From Erysipelotrichaceae bacterium (lineage in GTDB: Bacteria > Bacillota_I > Bacilli_A > Erysipelotrichales > Erysipelotrichaceae): DNA of 32,000 nucleotides. The position numbers were made by a program, and so were the translations under genes. This document shows, in pieces, positions 24,760 through 32,000 of this stretch (within the stretch, counting starts at the first letter, position 1; the number at the start of each line of letters is the position of its first letter). The notes beneath the pieces are model-generated. The model was not told the DNA's origin, did not search any database, and was given only the letters and a program-made list of their open reading frames with translations. The stretch spans positions 1,290,001 to 1,322,000 of the forward strand of contig OY760660.1 of the NCBI GenBank assembly GCA_963663995.1. The letters run 5' to 3'.

Positions 24760-25635
24760 CTATTCATAGTGACGTCTAAATAGATCTTCTAAAGTTGGTG
24801 GAACGACTTCAAACTTCTCAACATCAAGTTTAGAAACTTTCGCTAAGATTGTTTTAATATGATCATTATCAATATAGAAGTGTGCTACTTTTTCCTCACT
24901 CATAAAGTCAAAAACACCTTCACACTCTTTTAAACTTTCTGATTTATCACTGACTAAAGTGACATAAGATCTGGTTAAGTGTCTCAGTTCATCTAAACTT
25001 CCTGTTTCAACGACTTTACCTTGGCGAATGATCACAACTTTATCCGCCAGTCTTTCAACTTCACTTAAGATATGTGATGAAAGAAGAATCGCTTTTCCCG
25101 CTTTCTTTAATTTAGCAACTTCTTCTTGGAAAACAGATTCCATCAAAGGATCTAAACCAGAAGTAGGTTCATCAAAAATATAGAGATCTGCATCCACCGA
25201 CAAGGCTGAGATTAATCCTACTTTTTGTCGATTTCCTTTTGAATACGTTTTTGCTTTTTTCTTAGGATCAAGTTCAAAGCGTTTAATAAGTTCATCTCGT
25301 TTAGCAATATTAGCTTGTCCATGTAACTCCATAAATAAGTCAATCAGTTCACCACCGGAAAAACCACCCCATAAATTAACTTCACCCGGGACATAAGATA
25401 CACGTTTATGAATTTCTAAACGATCATTCCAAACATCTTTCCCAAAAATGCTTGCTGTACCTGCATTACTTTTTAATATCCCTAGTAAAATACGAATCGT
25501 TGTTGACTTGCCCGCTCCATTTGGACCAATAAATCCAACGACTTCCCCTGGATTTACAGTAAAGTTGACATCATGCAATGCTTTAAACTTTCCGAAGCTT
25601 TTTTGAATCCCTTTAACTTCTACAATAGCTGTCAT
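24760..25635 (-). CDS. ABC transporter ATP-binding protein
   Basis: The start is set at the ATG at 25635, which follows TAGGAG. Walker A GPNGAGKST, signature YSKGNRQKV, Walker B LYIFDEPTSGLD, H-loop SSHIL. Confidence 0.9.
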   Translation of the reverse strand: MTAIVEVKGIQKSFGKFKALHDVNFTVNPGEVVGFIGPNGAGKSTTIRILLGILKSNAGTASIFGKDVWNDRLEIHKRVSYVPGEVNLWGGFSGGELIDLFMELHGQANIAKRDELIKRFELDPKKKAKTYSKGNRQKVGLISALSVDADLYIFDEPTSGLDPLMESVFQEEVAKLKKAGKAILLSSHILSEVERLADKVVIIRQGKVVETGSLDELRHLTRSYVTLVSDKSESLKECEGVFDFMSEEKVAHFYIDNDHIKTILAKVSKLDVEKFEVVPPTLEDLFRRHYE

Positions 25636-25828
25636 ATGTTTTACTCCTAGTAACCAAAAACTAACAATAAAAAACAATTCTGTTTAAGATCTGTTTAAAT
25701 TGATTTCAATTCATTGGTTTTCATATAAATACATCGTAGAACTCATTTTTTACCTTGTCAATGGACTTTTGGTCTAATGTTTAATTGATAATACTTATTT
25801 TTTATTTTATACTATGTCTAGAGTTGTT

Positions 25829-25858
25829 TATGAACTATATTTAATAATAAAGTTCATA
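25829..25858. promoter_or_regulatory. Palindrome TATGAACT-N14-AGTTCATA, candidate TetR operator
   Basis: Perfect 8-bp inverted repeats at 25829-25836 and 25851-25858 end 16 nt upstream of the tetR-family start codon, in the divergent intergenic region shared with the ABC operon. Confidence 0.45.
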
Positions 25859-25873
25859 TTATGAGGTAAAATC

Positions 25874-26470
25874 ATGAATGGATATGAGAAACGCTCGAAT
25901 GAAAAGAAACAGGCTATTCTAACCGCTAGTTTTAATTTAATGAACAGTGATACTGGTCTTACTACATTGAATACAGAAGTGATTGCTAAAAACGCTAATG
26001 TAAGTAAAACCTCCATTTTTAAATACTTTGGTTCAAAGGATAATCTAATCAGTGAGGTCTATAAAGATTTTCTGAATCGTATCGGTGACGATGCACAAAA
26101 GATTTTAGAGGCAAAACTTCCTTTTGAAGAAACGATCAAAGCGATTGGACAAAACGATATAAAACACATCAAGGAAGTTAATCAACAATTCTATTACGAT
26201 ATGATGAACTTTCTTACAACGACAACTGACACTGACTTAGTCAAACTTATTGATAACTATACGAAACAAGGGATTGAACTATTGATGGATGTCTTTCATC
26301 AAGGGCGCAAGGAGGGTAAAGTCGATATGAAATATTCGGATGAATTTCTTATTCTCTACTTCCAAGCCCAAGTAGAAGGTGTATCAAATCCTAAAGTTTA
26401 CAATAATCTTTTGCCTTATATGGATGAATGGACAGAAATGCTCATAAAAGGGTTAGCACCTAATAAGTAA
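25874..26470 (+). CDS. TetR/AcrR-family transcriptional regulator
   Basis: The N-terminal HTH is KKQAILTASFNLMNSDTGLTTLNTEVIAKNANVSKTSIFKYFGSKDNL. 198 aa. Confidence 0.88.
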   Translation: MNGYEKRSNEKKQAILTASFNLMNSDTGLTTLNTEVIAKNANVSKTSIFKYFGSKDNLISEVYKDFLNRIGDDAQKILEAKLPFEETIKAIGQNDIKHIKEVNQQFYYDMMNFLTTTTDTDLVKLIDNYTKQGIELLMDVFHQGRKEGKVDMKYSDEFLILYFQAQVEGVSNPKVYNNLLPYMDEWTEMLIKGLAPNK

Positions 26471-26511
26471 AATTGAGCCAAAATTCCAAATATAAGCGAA
26501 TACATTCATTT

Positions 26512-26542
26512 AACACTTGATACATTAGTTCAAGTGTTTTTT
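26512..26542 (+). terminator. Rho-independent terminator after the TetR gene
   Basis: AACACTTGA (26512-26520) pairs with TCAAGTGTT (26530-26538), followed by TTTT. Confidence 0.7.
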
Positions 26543-26594
26543 ATAAGTAGTTAATCTACTTAAGTATTTCACAATATGTGTTATTGTTATCTAT

Positions 26595-27998
26595 ATGGAA
26601 AATATGAAAAACCCTTTAGGTTTTGAGAATGTAAATAAATTAATCCTAAAATTCTCCATTCCAGCCATTACTGGAATGATGGTCAATGCTTTATATAACG
26701 TGGTTGACCGTATTTATATTGGAAACCATCCAGACCTTGGTATGAGTGGTCTTGGTGGAATCGCTTTAGGCTTTCCAATCATGCTTATCTTATTGGCATT
26801 TGGTGTCTTGTTTGGTGTCGGTGGCGCAACCTTATTTGCGATGAAATTAGGTGAAGGTAAACCTCAAGAAGCTAAGAAAGTTTTAAGTACAGCACTCATC
26901 TTATTAATAATGGGTAGTTTGATTTACATGTTTTTTGGACAAGTCTTCTTAGAACCACTGCTCAGATTATTTGGTGGTAGTGATGAGATTATTCCTTTTT
27001 CAATGGAATATATGCGAGTCATTCTCTTTGGCGCAACTTTCCAAATTCTATCTATGGGTCTAAACCATTTTGTTAGAGCTGATGGTAGTCCAAAGATTGC
27101 GATGTATACCATGTTCTTAGGAGCTGGTACTAATATTATCTTAGATCCTATCTTTATCTTTGTTTTTGGTTGGGGTATGTTTGGGGCAGCTTTCGCAACT
27201 GTCTTAGCACAAACTTTATCTGCCACATGGGTTATCCTTTACTTTAGAGGTAAGAAATCTAGAGTAAAATTGGATAGCTTTAAATTTGACTTCTCAATTT
27301 CAAAGAAAATAGTTTCTCTTGGTTTCCCAGGTTTTTCACTACAAATTGCGAACGCGATGATGATGTCTGTTCTCAATCGTTCACTTACGTTCTATGGTGG
27401 AGACTTAGCAATTAGTGCGATGGGAATCATCCAATCGATTCAAACATTCTTAATTATGCCTGTTATTGGTTTAAATCAAGGGACACAGCCTATTATCAGT
27501 TTCAACTATGGAGCACAACAATATGATCGTGTACGCCAAGCCATTAAACTATCCCTTATCTATGCCTTTGGGATAACATTACTTGGTTATTTATTAACTC
27601 GATTAATTCCTGATTTACTGATCTCCATCTTTAATCGTGATGAATCTCTTATGGTTCTTATGCGTTATGCGATTTATGCGTGGTTTTTTATGGTCTTTAC
27701 AGTCGGTCCACAAATCTTAGCCTCTAATTTCTTCCAAGCCATTGGTCGATCAAGGATTGCTTTATTCTTAACCCTTACTCGTCAAGTTTTAATCCTTATT
27801 CCAAGTATTATTATCTTGCCGCTCATTTGGGGTTTAGATGGTTTACTCTTTGCCGCTCCACTTAGCGATACACTTGCGACAGTTGTTACAGCTTATTTCT
27901 TTATTAGAACATATAAAGAATTAGGGCATTTAAAACCAGTTCACAATGAACCCAACTTACCTGAAGAAGCATTAGAAGAAGCGATTGATATGTGCTAA
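26595..27998 (+). CDS. MATE-family multidrug/toxin efflux transporter
   Basis: 467 aa, 12 TM. The N-terminal LILKFSIPAITGMMVNALYNVVDRIYIG is the typical MATE opening. Confidence 0.88.
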   Translation: MENMKNPLGFENVNKLILKFSIPAITGMMVNALYNVVDRIYIGNHPDLGMSGLGGIALGFPIMLILLAFGVLFGVGGATLFAMKLGEGKPQEAKKVLSTALILLIMGSLIYMFFGQVFLEPLLRLFGGSDEIIPFSMEYMRVILFGATFQILSMGLNHFVRADGSPKIAMYTMFLGAGTNIILDPIFIFVFGWGMFGAAFATVLAQTLSATWVILYFRGKKSRVKLDSFKFDFSISKKIVSLGFPGFSLQIANAMMMSVLNRSLTFYGGDLAISAMGIIQSIQTFLIMPVIGLNQGTQPIISFNYGAQQYDRVRQAIKLSLIYAFGITLLGYLLTRLIPDLLISIFNRDESLMVLMRYAIYAWFFMVFTVGPQILASNFFQAIGRSRIALFLTLTRQVLILIPSIIILPLIWGLDGLLFAAPLSDTLATVVTAYFFIRTYKELGHLKPVHNEPNLPEEALEEAIDMC

Positions 27999-28088
27999 AT
28001 CACTTCGGTGTGTTATTTCATTAAAAATTGGATACAATGAAATAAGTAGTCGCGGATGACTTCCCCCATCCCTAATTAGTCCACGATG

Positions 28089-28126
28089 AAAAAAAGCAGA
28101 CCTGGGCACAAGGGTCTGCTTTTATT
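28089..28126. terminator. Bidirectional terminator between the convergent MATE and anti-sigma genes
   Basis: An A-run (28089-28095), then GCAGACC (28096-28102) paired with GGTCTGC (28113-28119), then TTTTATT. Confidence 0.75.
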
Positions 28127-28187
28127 GTTTATGGGGGAATTATCTACATAGAACTCAAAACTATGCATATGTGCCCAAGAAAGAAAA

Positions 28188-29246
28188 CTATTGGTCTTCT
28201 GTCTTTGCAGCTTCTCTAGCAGCGGCAGCTTCAGCTTTCGCGGCTTCTCTTTCAGCAGCGGCAGCAGCTCTTTCTGCTTCACGTAATGCAGCTTCTGCAG
28301 CTCTTTCTTCTTCAGCAGCTAATTTAGCAGCATCACGTTCTTCAGTTGTTTGTGCTTTTTCTTCTTTTAATTGTTCAACTCTTAATTCATTTCGAATTTT
28401 AGCCATCACCGTTTTTAGTTTAACTAAATCTTCAACTGAATTTAATTCTTCATCATATAAATCTAGGTTTAAACCATATTCAGCCATATCATAAACAAAT
28501 TTATTAATTAAATTAGTCATATGCAAGTCTTGATTACTAAAGGCAACTCCCATTTCACTTAAACTTTCTAAGTTGGCAGTACTTAGAACGAATTCTTTAA
28601 CTGTCAAAGGCGTTCCATCATTTGTTTCAACAAGACCATTAATTAAATGGATCCCTAAAGATTCACCTTTTTCATCGGCTTCTTCTGCTTCTTCATCACT
28701 TGCGACTAAGTAAACAACACTTAAAGCTTGTAGACTATTTAATTGCGCAGCCATTTCTTCACTAAGTGTTATCCCAGCTTGATCCTCTTCTTCATCACTT
28801 AAATCATCATCTTCATCGACAATGTTCGTTGCGACAACAATATAATCAGCTTGTGGATCATCGGTTCTAATATAGCCTTGTGCTTTCGCAATATCAGCAA
28901 TCTCTTTAATCGCTTCATTAACTTTCAAGCCAATCACAAAATCTAAATCCATATTTTCAGCATCTTCATTGTAGTAAATAACATCAGTAACCATTCGATT
29001 TTCATCAATGACAAGTTCAAGACTTGGATTAATATCGACACTAACTCTCGCAAAGACTGATGTTGTATGTGTACTAGTAATATTATTTGTACCAATAAAC
29101 ATAAACAGTGCCACCGCAAAAGCACTTAACATAATTAAAGCTTTTCGTGGACGATGATATTTTTTATTTAAATCACTATGAATCGAATTCAACATCGATT
29201 CATTTTTATACATTTCTTTTTTAAATCCTTTTTTTAATTCACTCAT
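28188..29246 (-). CDS. Single-pass membrane protein, putative anti-sigma factor (RsgI-like ectodomain) with an Ala/Glu-rich C-terminal tail
   Basis: The start is set at the ATG at 29246, which follows GAGAGGTG. The TM helix is ALIMLSAFAVALFMFIG. VSVDINPSLELVIDENRMV resembles the post-TM domain of RsgI-type anti-sigmas, from memory. The gene lies directly downstream of the sigma factor gene. Confidence 0.55.
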   Translation of the reverse strand: MSELKKGFKKEMYKNESMLNSIHSDLNKKYHRPRKALIMLSAFAVALFMFIGTNNITSTHTTSVFARVSVDINPSLELVIDENRMVTDVIYYNEDAENMDLDFVIGLKVNEAIKEIADIAKAQGYIRTDDPQADYIVVATNIVDEDDDLSDEEEDQAGITLSEEMAAQLNSLQALSVVYLVASDEEAEEADEKGESLGIHLINGLVETNDGTPLTVKEFVLSTANLESLSEMGVAFSNQDLHMTNLINKFVYDMAEYGLNLDLYDEELNSVEDLVKLKTVMAKIRNELRVEQLKEEKAQTTEERDAAKLAAEEERAAEAALREAERAAAAAEREAAKAEAAAAREAAKTEDQ

Positions 29247-29264
29247 GATTAACACCTCTCACTA

Positions 29265-29789
29265 TTAAAGAGAGGGTGTTATGTCTTTTTGTGTCAAAAT
29301 TTCTTTAATTTTTTTTAAATTACGATAAAAACGTAAACGAACAGCATTTTCACTTAAGTGACTAGCTTCAGCTATTTCTTTAAAACTCATATCAAATCTA
29401 AAGTATGCACTGATTATCATTTGATCAATTTCACTAAGGTTTAAAACTTCACGCCAAACCTCTTCAAAGACACTTTTATTGAGAATATCGATTTCTACTT
29501 GGATCTTTGTATCTTCGATATATTCACTTGTTTCTTCATCCAAAGATACAGGTTTAATACTTTTCTTTTTATAATAACGAGCACATTCTTTATCAACCAT
29601 TTGTTTTAGATAAGCAAGCGGAAGATCTACCTCTTTATCTTTGCGGATGACATAATGAAAATAGTCTTTATAAACATTTTGTAAAATATCTTGGCCATCA
29701 TGAAAGTTAGATACTTTAAAGTGGATATATTTACTTAGACTTTCGACACTTTCATCATAGATTTCATTAAAGCGACTCTCTTTACTCAT
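29265..29789 (-). CDS. Sigma-70 family (ECF-like) RNA polymerase sigma factor
   Basis: 174 aa. The region 2-like segment is DGQDILQNVYKDYFHYV. The region 4 HTH is MSFKEIAEASHLSENAVRLRFYRNLKKIK. Confidence 0.8.
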   Translation of the reverse strand: MSKESRFNEIYDESVESLSKYIHFKVSNFHDGQDILQNVYKDYFHYVIRKDKEVDLPLAYLKQMVDKECARYYKKKSIKPVSLDEETSEYIEDTKIQVEIDILNKSVFEEVWREVLNLSEIDQMIISAYFRFDMSFKEIAEASHLSENAVRLRFYRNLKKIKEILTQKDITPSL

Positions 29790-29874
29790 TACTATTATTA
29801 TAACTGTTTCATTATTTGGACAGTTTAAAATTTACGAGCTTGGAATTTGTTAAAATGGGATAGAGGAAAAATCA

Positions 29875-31158
29875 ATGGAACAAATCATTATTGCTTTGCT
29901 TGTAATTGTAATTCTTTTACAAGTCATACATCTCTTTAAAAAACCAAAATCAACTATCGATAAGCCTTTAAAAGACTTAAAGAATGAAATACGTGATGAT
30001 ACCAATCAAATGGTCACCACCTTTTCTACTGTTATGACAAACAATTCTAAGGCATCTGCAGATTTAGTTGATAAACGTTTAGATGAACTCTCTAAATATC
30101 TTCGAGATAATCAACAACAGCTTCAGCAAGTTGTTTATAAATCTTTAGTTGAAATTAATACAAACTTAGAAAAAACCAGTAAATCAAACGAAGAAAGATT
30201 AAGTGCAATACGAGAAACTGTAGAAAAACGATTAACTGCTCTTCAAGAAGATAATGCCCAAAAACTTGATAAGATGCGTGAGACTGTCGATGAAAAGCTT
30301 CAGAAGACTTTGGAAGATCGAATCTCACAATCCTTTAAACAAGTCTCAGAACAACTCGAATCTGTATATAAATCACTGGGCGAAATGAAAAATATTGGCG
30401 TAGAAGTTGGTGATCTTAAGAAAGTATTATCCAATGTTAAAACAAAAGGTATCTTAGGTGAAATCCAACTAGCTGCCATCTTAGAACAAATCTTATCCCC
30501 AGAACAGTATGAAGAAAACATCGTTACTGTTCCAGGATCAAGTGCTCGTGTTGAGTTTGCGGTTAAGTTACCCGGTGATGGAAATGTACCCGTTTATTTA
30601 CCCATAGATTCTAAGTTTCCAACCGAAAGTTATACAAGATTACTGGATGCTTATGAAACAGCTGATAAAGTGTTAATTGATTCAGCCGCAAAAGAACTAG
30701 ATTCAACGATTAAATCATTTGCGAAAGATATCCATGATAAATATATCCAAGCTCCTAGTACCACAGACTTTGGTATTCTCTTTCTACCTATCGAAGGTTT
30801 ATATGCTGAAGCAGTTAGACGAGGTCTAGTGGAAACACTACAAAGACAGTATAAAATTAATCTAGCTGGACCTACCACGATGGCTGCCTTACTAAATTCA
30901 CTTCAAATGGGCTTTAAAACACTCGCTATTCAACAAAAAAGTGGTGAAGTTTGGAATGTTCTATCAGCCGTTAAAACTGAGTTTGAACAATTCGGCGATA
31001 TATTACAAAATGCCCAAGATAAACTCACCCGTACCAGTGCTGATTTAGATAAACTGATTGGTACACGAACTCGAAGTATTAACCGAAAGTTGAAAGATGT
31101 TTCTACATTACAACTAGGTTCTAAAGAATTATTAGAATTAGAGACAGAGGACGAATAG
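29875..31158 (+). CDS. rmuC: DNA recombination protein RmuC
   Basis: It has an N-terminal TM helix, a long coiled coil (LQQVVYKSLVEINTNLEK...) and a C-terminal RmuC domain (FGILFLPIEGLYAEAVRRGL..., LAGPTTMAALLNSLQMGF). Confidence 0.88.
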   Translation: MEQIIIALLVIVILLQVIHLFKKPKSTIDKPLKDLKNEIRDDTNQMVTTFSTVMTNNSKASADLVDKRLDELSKYLRDNQQQLQQVVYKSLVEINTNLEKTSKSNEERLSAIRETVEKRLTALQEDNAQKLDKMRETVDEKLQKTLEDRISQSFKQVSEQLESVYKSLGEMKNIGVEVGDLKKVLSNVKTKGILGEIQLAAILEQILSPEQYEENIVTVPGSSARVEFAVKLPGDGNVPVYLPIDSKFPTESYTRLLDAYETADKVLIDSAAKELDSTIKSFAKDIHDKYIQAPSTTDFGILFLPIEGLYAEAVRRGLVETLQRQYKINLAGPTTMAALLNSLQMGFKTLAIQQKSGEVWNVLSAVKTEFEQFGDILQNAQDKLTRTSADLDKLIGTRTRSINRKLKDVSTLQLGSKELLELETEDE

Positions 31159-31168
31159 TCCTCTTTTT
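31147..31168 (+). terminator. Rho-independent terminator overlapping the rmuC stop codon
   Basis: GAGGAC (31147-31152) pairs with GTCCTC (31158-31163), followed by TTTTT. The loop contains the TAG stop. Confidence 0.7.
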
Positions 31169-31201
31169 AATAATAATTACTTTTATTGTAATTACAATGT
31201 A

Positions 31202-31489
31202 ATGACATATAATAAAAGTATGAAGAACACAGTTATACAAATACGCATTGACAAAGAAACTAAAGTTGCAGCTGAAAAAGTCATTACTGATATGGGACTA
31301 AACTTTTCAAGCGCAATTCAAATGTTTCTTAGACAAGTTGTTCAAAAACAAGAAATTCCTTTTACGATTGAGTCTCGTGGCTATAATCAAAAAACTTTAG
31401 ACGCATTTGATGAATCACTGGAATCTGGTGATTTAGAAACTTTTGAAAGTATAGATGATTTTATTAAGGATTTTAATGACAACAAGTAA
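31202..31489 (+). CDS. dinJ: RelB/DinJ-family type II antitoxin (second, diverged copy); the start may be the ATG at 31220
   Basis: MKNTVIQIRIDKETKVAAEKVITDMGLNFSSAIQMFLRQVVQKQEIPFTIE shows the DinJ RHH pattern. Neither candidate ATG has an SD. TTGTAA-16-TATAAT (31186-31213) places a likely transcription start at or near the ATG at 31220. Confidence 0.8.
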   Translation: MTYNKSMKNTVIQIRIDKETKVAAEKVITDMGLNFSSAIQMFLRQVVQKQEIPFTIESRGYNQKTLDAFDESLESGDLETFESIDDFIKDFNDNK

Positions 31490-31500
31490 ATATTTATAAT

Positions 31501-31767
31501 GTGATAATTCAAAAGACAACACGTTATAAGAAAGACGAGAAAATTCTACGGAAGCGAAACTACAATATGAATCTTCTACTAGAAGTAATTATGCAAATAT
31601 ACTCTGGTCATTCCCTAAGTTCGAAATATCAATTACATTCTTTAGTTGGTCAATATTCAAACTCTTTCGAATGTCATATTAAACCTAATTGGTTATTAAT
31701 TTTTCGACTTGTTGAAAATGAACTTATCCTAATTAGAACCGGAACACATTCAGATTTATTCAAATAA
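31501..31767 (+). CDS. yafQ: YafQ-family type II toxin (mRNA interferase), intact copy with a GTG start
   Basis: 88 aa: MIIQKTTRYKKDEKILRKRNYN...YQLHSLVGQYSNSFECHIKPNWLLIFRLVENELILIRTGTHSDLFK. The conserved His residues and the terminal THSDLF motif are present. Confidence 0.85.
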   Translation: MIIQKTTRYKKDEKILRKRNYNMNLLLEVIMQIYSGHSLSSKYQLHSLVGQYSNSFECHIKPNWLLIFRLVENELILIRTGTHSDLFK

Positions 31768-31784
31768 AATGAGATCTTTCTCGC

Positions 31785-32000
31785 TCAATTTTTCATATTC
31801 ACATCCACATCTACAAGATATCGTGCTTTTAATTTATATTTCTTTAATACTTTAAGTTGATCTAGAGGTATATTCATAAAAATGAGTTCATGATTAAATT
31901 CAATGGTTTTAAGTTTGCTTAGTATAAGCTTTCTTTTGTCTTCTGTAAGATCTTCATATAGATCTATTCTATTTATTTTCTTAGTGTTTAATAATTTATT
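31785..32000 (-). CDS. 3' end of a hypothetical protein; the 5' part lies outside the window
   Basis: The minus strand is open across all 71 sense codons from the window edge (...NKLLNTKKINRIDLYEDLTEDKRKLILSKLKTIEF...VDVDVNMKN) and ends at a TGA (31787-31785). I recognise no motif. Confidence 0.4.
   Translation of the reverse strand, partial: NKLLNTKKINRIDLYEDLTEDKRKLILSKLKTIEFNHELIFMNIPLDQLKVLKKYKLKARYLVDVDVNMKN

Noticed and set aside
28171-28494. 107-aa Ala/Ser-rich ORF on the + strand (also 28076-28282 and 28943-29125 on the minus strand)
   Set aside because: It is the antisense or off-frame reading of the Ala/Glu-rich tail of the anti-sigma gene. GCN-rich codon repeats stay open on both strands. 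It has no SD and a low-complexity product.
4670-29255. Longer N-terminal extensions given by the ORF track (starts at 4670, 8828, 11997, 15252, 16759, 18305, 19260, 25677, 29255)
   Set aside because: In each case an internal ATG is preceded by a clear Shine-Dalgarno at 5-9 nt and matches the family N-terminus. The extended start lacks an SD and/or overlaps the neighbouring gene or IS end.
7874-30878. Other short embedded ORFs: 7874-8119, 9576-9791, 16759-16986, 18106-18309, 25828-26016, 26924-27226, 30300-30521, 30651-30878, 4278-4496
   Set aside because: Each overlaps a longer gene with clear family motifs on the opposite strand or in another frame, or spans a promoter region (4278-4496, 25828-26016). 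None has an SD or a recognisable motif.
1-32000. Mollicutes-type genetic code (TGA = Trp), suggested by the very low GC
   Set aside because: Several well-supported genes terminate at TGA at the expected family length, for example the 283-aa ORF ending at 18217 and the 128-aa ORF ending at 22476. The long ORFs need no TGA read-through.

Overview
AT-rich, gene-dense bacterial chromosomal segment using the standard code (TGA is a stop). Gene content and Shine-Dalgarno usage look like a low-GC Firmicutes or Erysipelotrichia-type organism. Most genes are on the minus strand. From left to right: (1) A mannose-family PTS catabolic operon runs off the left edge: EIIA, EIIB, an unusual single-polypeptide EIIC-EIID fusion, a class I DhnA/LacD-type aldolase and an Fe-alcohol dehydrogenase. 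It is divergent from a LevR-like PRD regulator whose AAA+ module looks degenerate. (2) A DUF2871 membrane protein and a lipoprotein. (3) A GDSAG/HGG esterase gene broken by two nested insertions. An IS256-like element sits in the gene with an 8-bp TSD, and an IS150-group (IS3 family) element sits in the tip of the IS256 left inverted repeat with a 3-bp TSD. (4) A DEAD-box helicase. (5) A toxin-antitoxin-rich stretch: yefM-yoeB with a phased GTACA operator, dinJ-yafQ with an apparently lost toxin start codon, and rluF between them. (6) An uncharacterised three-gene cluster: NTF2-like protein, Sel1-repeat protein and a PD-(D/E)xK-like protein. (7) A SatP/YaaH-family channel and a cytoplasmic vWA protein. 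(8) A 28-codon hydrophobic peptide gene missing from the ORF track, resembling a type I / holin-like toxin, with a decayed second copy near 14.4-14.6 kb. (9) A three-gene operon of two unknown small proteins plus a Macro-domain-HTH fusion, behind a long structured leader that ends in an intrinsic terminator. (10) An ABC-2 exporter, a divergent TetR and a MATE efflux pump. (11) An ECF-type sigma / anti-sigma pair. (12) rmuC. (13) A second, diverged dinJ-yafQ module. I found no rRNA, tRNA or CRISPR array. The strongest candidates for something new are the leader-controlled Macro-HTH operon together with the adjacent small-toxin module. All functional calls come from motif-level reading of translations, not database searches.
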